Assembly (NCBI GenBank): GCA_943788985.1
Contig: CALSSJ010000014.1
Span: 1 to 61,471 of the forward strand
Source: an uncultured Lentisphaerales bacterium
Lineage (GTDB): Bacteria; Verrucomicrobiota; Lentisphaeria; JABSQK01; UBA12247
Direction of reading: 5' to 3'
Length of the DNA: 61,471 nt
The notes below the pieces were generated by a model. It saw only the letters and a program-made list of their open reading frames with translations, ran no database searches and had not been told where the DNA came from. Below are positions 53,042 to 61,471 of the stretch, piece by piece. A program made the position numbers and the translations under genes. Positions within the stretch are counted from its first letter, which is position 1. Every line of letters begins with the position of its first letter.

Positions 53042-54458
53042 GTGTGCGTGGGACGAGAAAGAGAGTTAGCGCTACTGCATGAGTTTCGCGAGCGGCGCAC
53101 CGCGGGCCTGGTGGTTTGCCGGGGGCGCAGACGCATTGGTAAAAGCACCCTGATCGAGCAATTTGGCCAGCACTGCCGTTTTTACGAATTCTACGGTCTG
53201 GCACCGCGTGCGGGCATTACCAATGCAGACCAGCTGGCGCATTTCGGGGAACAGTTGGGCGCAGCCTTCAATCTGCCAGCGATGCATTTCCGCAATTGGC
53301 ACGACGCATTAAGCACCCTTGCGGGGCTGACTGCAGAAGGGGAGATCGTGATCCTGCTAGACAAGATTTCCTGGATGGCGTCGAAGGACAAGGACTTTGC
53401 CGGCAAGCTCAAGGGCCTCTGGGATAATCGTTTCAAGAAGAATGACCAACTAGTCCTGGTGCTTTGCGGCTCGGTGACCTCGTGGATCGACACCAATATC
53501 CTGAATGACAAAGGTTTTGTCGGGCGTGTGTCGCTCACCCTCACCCTGGACGAACTCTCCTTGTTTCACGCCAACTTGTTTTGGGGGTGAGACCACCGTG
53601 TCGGATGCCGAGAAACTCCGGCTTCTGTGTGTCACGGGGGCGGTGCCCCGGTATCTTGAAGAGATTCGCCCTCGCCAAAGCGTTGCGCAAAACATCAAGC
53701 GCATGTGCTTCTCGCCTGAAGGTCTGTTATTTAGCGAGTTTGAAAAGATTTTTCATGACATTTTCGCGCGGCGGTCCGGGAGTTTTAAGAGAATTGTGCA
53801 CGCGCTTTCGGGCCCCGCCTTACAGCCTGGAGAGCTATGCCAGGCACTGGGTGTGAAGCCCACCGGCGATCTTTCCGAAAAGCTCGCGATTCTGGTCGCA
53901 TCCGGCATGGTGGCTCGCGACTACAGCTGGGATCTGTCAGGGCAGCAGACCGCCATTAGTCGCTATCGGATACGCGACAACTACCTGCGGTTCTACCTCC
54001 GTTACATCGATGGCGGACACAGCAAGATAGCCCAGGGCCTCTACCGGGACGTCCATCTCGAAAACCTGCACCGCTGGGATACGATCATCGGACTTCAGCT
54101 TGAGAATCTCATTCTCAACAACCTCACGGCCTTGATCCGCCGTCTTGACATCGCGCCTGAAAGCATCATCAGCGCCTCGCCGTATCGGCAGCACCAGACC
54201 AAGCGTCACGATGCTTGTCAGGTCGACCTGCTTATCCATACCCGCAACAGTGTTGCCTATGTCTGCGAGATCAAGTTTCGCGGTAAGATCGAGAATTTGG
54301 TGATCGCCGAACTACGGCAGAAGATCAAACGTATGCTAGGAATGGCTGGCAGGTCCATTCGTCCCGTGCTGATCTATCACGGCGAGTTAGCCCCTGGAAT
54401 TAAGGAAAGCGACTTCTTCTCGTATTTGATTCCCGTCGGGGAGTTTCTGCACCAGTAG
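53042..54458 (+). pseudogene. Archaeal-type AAA ATPase with C-terminal PD-(D/E)xK-like (DUF234-like) domain, frameshifted
   Basis: VGREREL, GRRRIGKS, Walker B reads LLDK rather than LLDE, LCGS; frameshift at the T/G runs near 53579-53587; C-terminal QVDLLI...CEIK. Confidence 0.82.
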
Positions 54459-54495
54459 TGAGACCGTGCAGGCCGACAGGCTCTCGGAAGAGCGT

Positions 54496-54873
54496 TTACT
54501 TACCGTCAGTCTTCGCCACCGGTTGCTCTACCTGGAGTTGGATGAGGTGACGGAGCATCAGCATTTTGGTGAACTGCAGGGTGGCGTGCCTGCTTTGATC
54601 GACCGTCAGTGAGAACTCCGTACGAAGCTTCTGCTCAATGCTACGCAGGTCACGTTTGCCGTCCACCTGGCTCCAGAAGAAGCTGCCGTGAGCATCGAGG
54701 TTTACACGAATGTTACGATAGAGGCGAAACTTGCGGATGAGTTTGGCACCAAAGCCGGAACCGCGCTGCACTGGCATGCGAATCTGGCAGCAGTTGTTCT
54801 GATCCAGCAGAACCTCCGCCATCGGGTTGTGACAGGGAACGGCCTCGAACGGGTTTTTTGCCGGAACAGCCAC
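54496..54873 (-). CDS. PqqD-family / RiPP-recognition-element-like small protein
   Basis: VNLDAHGSFFWSQVDGKRDLRSIEQKL..EF......A..QF..ML..RHLI; GTG start 11 bp after the transporter stop. The 238-aa track ORF is over-extended. Confidence 0.8.
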   Translation of the reverse strand: MAVPAKNPFEAVPCHNPMAEVLLDQNNCCQIRMPVQRGSGFGAKLIRKFRLYRNIRVNLDAHGSFFWSQVDGKRDLRSIEQKLRTEFSLTVDQSRHATLQFTKMLMLRHLIQLQVEQPVAKTDGK

Positions 54874-54884
54874 ATCCGGTTTGG

Positions 54885-57013
54885 TCAAAACGGTGCGCCC
54901 GAGATGGCGTTCTTCATCAGTTGCATGGCGATGGTAAACATACTGATGAGGCCGACGCCGGTAAAGTAGCCGGCCATGAGGGCAGGGGCCTGTTTGAGGA
55001 AGTTGGTCTGGCCGTACTTCTTCTGAAACCAGTACCGGCCAAGGAGTGCCCCCAAGACTTCGAGCACCATGGTATGCGGCAAGGCCCCAAAGCCTCGGAC
55101 CATGCCGTAGATCAGCATGATCGGCAGGTTGAAGGCGGAGAGCGCACCGTAGAGGATTACGCAGCCGACAAAGCCAGCTCCGATTACTTCGGGATGTACA
55201 GCTTTTTTCCAAAATTCGCTGTTGGTGATGCTCTTCTCATTCGGGTCCTCTCCGGGGACGATATGGGTGGAGGAGAACAACAGCACTTGGTTCTTGGCCT
55301 GCAATTCCCAGTTGATCTGGGCCGCAGGGAAGACATCGGAAGGAATTGGGTTGGCCTTCCAGATGAAGCCCCAGAGGAAGAGGGACAGGACAAGGAGAAC
55401 CGGTAGGGCCACGAGGTCGGTTTTAAGCAGCGACCCAAAGCGGACACCGGTGAGTTCGTTAATCCGAAATGACTGGGTCATAGGACCAAAGTTCTCGATC
55501 GGTACTGGTGCCAGCCAAATGTCTACACCTTTGGCGCCAGAGAGCAGAAAGAAGGTCTCGCGCACGAAGGGAATGTCGACGGACTGGCCGGAAATTCCTA
55601 GGAGCCGGGCGTTGACGTAGGAGAGCAGAGGGCTGTAGATAAAGGCAAAGATCAACAGAAACGCCAGGATACTGAAGGACTTAGGCAAGACTACGTAACA
55701 GAGGATGACGACCGACGCTGAGGAGATGATGTAGGCGACGATGGCAATCCAGAGCGGGCAGTCACCGCGTTCGCCGTTGGGCGGCGCCCACAGGTCCACA
55801 CGCTTCTCTTGCTGTTTCTTGTGCTTGCGAATTTCGCGCATTTTTCCGGCTGCATCTCGGATCGAGGCGATCAGGCAGACGGCGGCAATCCCCAGCCCGG
55901 AGCCAATGCCGAAGCTCATCCAGAAGTCCATGGAATTGGCGAAGGTGGTATTGACGGTGTCCATGCCCGGGCGCCAAGTTGGCAGGTAGCCAGTGAGATG
56001 GAGTAAAGGATTCATGATGGCCGTGAGCAGAATGGCAATGAAGGTGCCAATGACGGACCAGAACGGCAGAACGAAGCCGAGAAAGACGATACCAAGGTCC
56101 ATGACCACACCAGTCGGTGTGGCAGGCAGCAGCGTCTCGGTCATGGTCGTGGTGTCGACGAATGGCTGCGGGACCAGAGAAGAATGGCTTGCTCAAGAAC
56201 AAGCCCCGATGATCGCCGGGATGCCGACTTGGATGAAGCCGAAGGCCAGGCCAATGGTCACGCCCAGCGAGAAGATGCGGGCGCGCGTGCTTTTCTGTCG
56301 CTTGCCTGGCTTGTCGGGGACGGCACCCTCTGCATCATCATCGCCTGTGGCCTCGCCGTTGGTCTGCTCCGGCCCGTCTTCGACGCCATCGCTCTCCGCG
56401 AGGGCCATGGCACCCTGAGCGGCAATGGGTGCGAGGGGGAAGGGCAGTTGCTCGATGTCAGAGGTCAGCCGGAAGAAGACGTAGCCGAGTGCATAGCGCT
56501 TGATCAGGGTGACGACGGTGAGGAAAACAATGATTGCAATGGGCACGAACCAATCGACGTGAAAGAGGTCACGATTGAGAATGGCGGGGCTGTCGGGCGA
56601 CGGGACGAACCAAGTCGGGAAGGCGTTATACATGCCGGCATCGCGCGCCGCATCACTCCCAGCCAAGTAGGCGCGATAGACCATTTCGCCCATTGGCCCA
56701 CCTGGAAAGAGCACGTGGCCCATCATCATCACGCTGGCAGCATGCAGCAACACGACCAGGTGCTGTTTGGACATCGGTTTCATGGCGCGGCGAGCAATCT
56801 CCATGAACAGAATCACGGTCACCCACGAGGCCGCTGAGCCAATGCCCTGGCCGGTCATCAGTCCCAGGTAGATGCCGCCAGGCATCATCACGAGGCCGCA
56901 AAAGATGATGCCCACTACGGTGGGACCAGCCGAAGCCATCCTTGAACTCAGTGGGAGTTTCGAGTAAGGAGCGGTAGAGCTCTTACCTCTTTGTCTACGG
57001 GTTTCTCAGCCAT
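54885..57013 (-). CDS. OPT-like multi-TM peptide transporter, frameshifted near 56190 and 56920-56990
   Basis: Many TM helices, DIEQLPFPLAPIAAQGAMALAE, YVNARL.G..GQ, DIWLAP.P; reconstructed start MAEKPVDKEV overlaps the upstream stop. Confidence 0.75.
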
Positions 57014-60000
57014 GGTGGGCGGTGCCCTCCTGGTTCAGGAGTTTTTGTGCCATGAGCTCACTGGCCTCGGTAAACATCTCGCTGCGGTCTTCCTCGCTCA
57101 CAGCACGCCAGTGGAGGAAGTGCTTGCGCAGCTGGGTCACGAAGCCATGATTGAGGCGCAGCCACGACTCGCTGCTGCCAGACTGGCGGACCAGTGCGAT
57201 GTGGGCGATGAACTCGCCTGTTGCCGCATCGGTAGGCAGCGAGATCAACATGCGCTGGGAAACACTAAGGTCGTAAGGCTTGAGCCAGATGGTGGTGGCA
57301 ATCTGTGGGACATACGCTTGCTCAGCTAGGGCGTCAAGCTCGTCGGCCAGTCCCATTTCCGGAGGCCCAGCGAAGAAACGGCCTGAGCTTCCCTCGCCGT
57401 GATTCTCCATATAACGATGGAAGAAAGCGAGCACGGCGATGCGATCGCGATGCGTGAAGGTGAACGGAAGGTCGAAGCTGAGCACGTCCTCCTTAGGCTC
57501 CGGCAGCTTCCAGCCAGCATCGTCGGCCGGGCTGGCGACCTCCATGGCCGTGCGCGCCGGAAAAATGGTCGAGAAAATGGTGGATGCAGCCACTGCGATT
57601 GAGGCGTAGATCGTAGTCACTGAGGTAAAGGTCATATTTAGTCCGCCGGTTAGCTCCATCTCGGTCAGGATGCGGCCGACGCCTTGGCTGAGGAGGTAGC
57701 CGAGCACTGCACCGACCACCGAATAGACGACGGCCTCGGCGAAGAACATGAAGAAGACGTAGCGCGGGGCAATTCCGATGGCGTTGTAGACGTAAATCTC
57801 CTCCCGTCGCTCATAGACGGAGCCCTTGAGCGTATTCAGGACCACCAGGCCGGTCATGAGCAGTGGCACAAGCATGTCGAGCAGTCCGGCAAGGCTGGCC
57901 TCACGCGCTCCGCTTACCAAGGTAGGCGATTCCATCCAGGCCGTAATAGACGGCGCGGGCGCTTCGCTCCATGTAGGTTTCGATCCGCTCGCGGGCATCC
58001 GCGAATTGCAGGCCGGGCATGGAAACTGCGATCGATGAAATGATCTTCTTGCTGTACATGCCTTGGCAGGAAGGTGGATCGCGGTCTATCGGAAAAATGA
58101 TGATGTGGCTGGCTGGGAGGCGAGGCGCATCTAGATCGGCTAACACCTGCCAGGTAACGTTGTCCAGGCTGACGGTTTCCAAGGCGTCGATATCGAAAGG
58201 CAGCAGGTCCTGACCGTCGAGGTCGCGCAGGTTGTCCAAGGATTCTGCTGCGAAGATCGCAACCACGGGGTGCACCTGTGATTCGATCGTCACAGTTGCG
58301 CGTCCGGCTTCGATATCAGCTGGGGAAATGCCCAACTCTTCTGCCGCAGCATCGGGGATTATCACTGGTGCTGGCGAGTCGGAGAAGATGCAGTCCTCCG
58401 CCGTGAACCAGGCCTTCTTACCGATGAAGCGCAGCTGATCACGAATCGGATCGCGATCGTTGAAGGTCAGAATTGAGGAGAATTCCACCGCGCGCCGAGC
58501 CCCTTGATCGGACGTGAAGACTGCCTCAATCTTCGGATTTTCGTAATTGCTCTCCCAGTCGATGCTCCCGATCAGGAAGGTGCGTGGGCAGATGTCGTAG
58601 ACATGCCCGTATTCTTCATTGAGCGCGTAGACCTCGCCGGTTGTCATGCCGCGGAACCGCTCCTGCTTCACCAGAAAACCCTGGTAGTTGGCCTTGCCTA
58701 GGGAGATCTGCTTGTCCACGAGGTCGGATTGCACAGACGTGAAGCAGATCATGACAAAGGTCATCAGGACCAGGGTGGCGCAGGTGAGGGGCCCGGTACG
58801 GACTTTACGCCGGTGCATGTTATTGAGCCCCAACATCACGGCCGAGCCGATCGCGCTCATCATCTTCACATCCGCGCCTTTGACCTTGCCGGAACGCTTG
58901 CTCAACTCCTCCAGATTCTCACTGAACTTGCTGGAGGCCAGCACCGTCACGCCGCCAGATATGATCATGATGATAAAGCCCAGCAAAATCATCAGCGACG
59001 AGCGGACCATCGAGAACGCCGGATGCAGGATATTCAATAGCGTATAGGCCACTAGGAAAATCACGGCCTGAGCGGTGAGTTGCTTGCGAATATCGCTAAA
59101 GCCGAAGACCAGTTTCTCGAAGAAGAAGACAAACGGCACCAGCAGCCCTAGATACCAGAGAATGCCGAGGACGGCTTCGAAGATCGACTCGCGCAGGACT
59201 GGATGGTTGTGGATCGAGTAGGTGATGGATTCGCGCGCCTGGCGGACAGCATCGGCCAATGGCAGCTCCCCGCTCTCACTAGCGTCGCTTAGCTCCTGAC
59301 CCTTCTTCTGATAGGCCACCGTTCGTTCATCAGCCATGTTATGATGCACCAGCAGATCGAGCCGTCGACCGTTCAACGACGCCATCGAACGCGCCACATC
59401 GAAGGCGACATCGCTGATCAGTTCACTGTCTTGGGCGAGGTAGCCAGCACCATCAATCTCGCGGTCTGGATCGGGCACGAAGTCGTCTTCAATGTTCAGC
59501 ATGAAGGCCCGGGTTTCATTGGCAAACTCGTTGTCGGCTGTGCCGGACAGCAGCTTGATATAGACGGTCTCGTCCGGCGAGACAAAGGTCGTCTGGATGC
59601 CGTCCTGCGTGCCGGAGAATGGAAACCGGCAGGTCTTATCCAAGGCCGCCAAGCCGAACTTATCGACGAACTCCACGCCGGAGTACTCGCGCATGGTCTG
59701 CGGATTCAGCAAATCCAGCAGGGTGACAGGCGATGCCCGGAAGGTGACGATCGTGACCGACTCCATGATTTCCTTGACCCAAGTGGCAATCCCGGTGGAC
59801 TTGAATAGTCGCTGCCCGGACGGCCCTTCATCCTTCATGAAATGGATCAGCCCATCCTCACCGTAGCCGACGGCGAGCGGCGCATAGCCACTCACATGAT
59901 GGGTGGCAAAGCCGAGGACGTGGTAGGGCAGGGCGTAGTTTCCGTACGGGTCTGCGTGATACAGTGGGTGATCGTAGTAGCCCGCTCTTATTGGGACATT

Positions 60001-61471
60001 CGGCAACCGTGCGCCCGCTATCAGCGCCCCGCTTAGGGGGAAGTTGGGCACCATGGATTGGCCTACATTGGAGACCAACACGCTGCCGCCGAGACTGACG
60101 TTTGCCGAATTAGCGGGGATTTCTGCGGTGCGGCCCTTAAACTCGCCGGGATTGCTGCCCATGGCGAGGGCGAGAACCACTTCACCGGTCAGGTGCAGGG
60201 AGTGGCCCACACTGTCGAGTTCGGACATGAACGGCAGCGCGACAGGGAATATGTACTTTTGGTAGGAGGGGCCGCGGTTGTAGTTGATCGGTGCGAAGAA
60301 GGCATAGCCAGCGTATCGGCCCATCGCAAGAATGAAATGCCCGGGCGCGCCCATGATGTGTGAGAAGTTGTCGTTCGCCCGGCCCTGCACGTTCGGCTCG
60401 ATTTGCAGTTCTGAGGCAGCCAGCCCGCGTTTCTGTTGGGCCCAGACGTACAATCCGTCGAAGATCTTAGGCTGGTTGTCGATGTTGTTCCCGGCCAGAA
60501 TCGTCAACTGCTCACGGGTTTCTTCTTGGGATGCTGGGGCAAAGTACGGATGGATAAACACCTTCTCGTTGTAGCTACCCAGCAGGTCGATGAGGGCCCG
60601 GTCTTGGACCAGCTGGCCCTGGCGGCGCTCGTGGTAGCTCAGTAGCTCGCTGAAGCGACCGCGCCAGCGCGCACTCAGCTGACGCTGCTCCATGAAATCC
60701 TGCTTTGTGCCTACGATCTGTTTGAGGCCAAACCCAGCCACGGACATGGCTCGCTCGTAGTGGGACTTGGCTTCCTGGTAGGCTTTGAACTCCTGGCTCT
60801 CGATACTCGCATCAGCCAACTTCTCAAAGGCGATCTTGGTCTGCAACGTTGGCTCAGACAGCTCAAGAATCAGCGCATTCATGACATAGTCAATCTGCTC
60901 GTCGAAGAGGGTGCGAGCCTTCTCGGACAGGGCCTTGACCGCCGACTGAGTGGCGTCTGGTTCCAGAAACATGCCAGGGGAGTCAAGGGCTTTTGCGATC
61001 TCCGCAAGCAGCGCCAGCGAGGCGTCGTTGGCGAGGGTCTGCGCCTCGTTCTCAAGCCCGGTTTCGGATACCGCAGCGGCATCTTCGGAGGCTGATTCAT
61101 TGCCGCCCAACGCCCGCAATACAGGATTCTCATCCTCGGCCAGAGCGCCGGCGTTCGGCCCATGACCCGAAGCAGGTTGTACTTGCCGTCGTGACTCATG
61201 GCCTGGCCACCAAAGCTGACGAAAATTACATCGCGGTGCAGTTGCTCGCGGTAAGGAAGCAGACCTTTCAGAGCCTGGAGATGCAGGGCGGGGCCGACCG
61301 CTTGCATGGTGCCTGGCGCAAGGTCGGGCAGGACTGAGCAGGCGTCGTAGTCGCAGCTCAGCAGCAGCGCTGGCGGCCTCTCTGCGGAGTTCGCAGTCGC
61401 GCGCATGACGCCGACCAGCGTGGTATGCTTGGTGGAGGCAAACTCAGTGCGTACGTTCAAGGTTACTGAGC
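57006..61471 (-). CDS. Giant FtsX/MacB-like permease fused to a degenerate M28-peptidase-like region; 5' end outside the window; frameshifts near 57910 and 61120
   Basis: FtsX signature SVYERREEIYVYNAIG...EA; NMHRRKVRT..LT before the periplasmic core; upstream LLLSCDYDA...PG...RDVIFVSFGG is M28-like. Confidence 0.8.

Overview
61.5 kb of GC-rich bacterial chromosome, most consistent with a PVC-superphylum organism, possibly Lentisphaerae-like (inferred from a prepilin/DUF1559-type gene, several sulfatases and many PQQ-like beta-propellers). The core block (about 18.5-42 kb) holds argB-argD-argF-pheA, dsbD, adk, cdsA, ricT, ppaC, gap, larC and eno. Both flanks are accessory regions rich in decayed gene fragments. 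The best candidates for undescribed systems are: (1) a coupled operon of a hot-dog thioesterase, three exported PQQ-like beta-propellers, an EhpF/GriC-like adenylating enzyme and birA (11.3-18.4 kb); (2) an operon of a giant degenerate-M28/FtsX permease fusion, an OPT-like transporter and a PqqD/RRE-like protein (54.5 kb to the window end); (3) a secreted Cys/His/Lys-rich four-repeat protein (22.7-23.2 kb). Also present are an exosortase with a partner membrane protein, a TMTC-like GT-C/TPR protein, an attC-like site without an integrase, and a 10-bp-phased TCGACT array upstream of gap. Many genes carry indels: some look like real decay, others may be assembly errors. No rRNA, complete tRNA, intact transposase/integrase or CRISPR array was seen. 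All family calls come from motif recognition by eye, not database searches.
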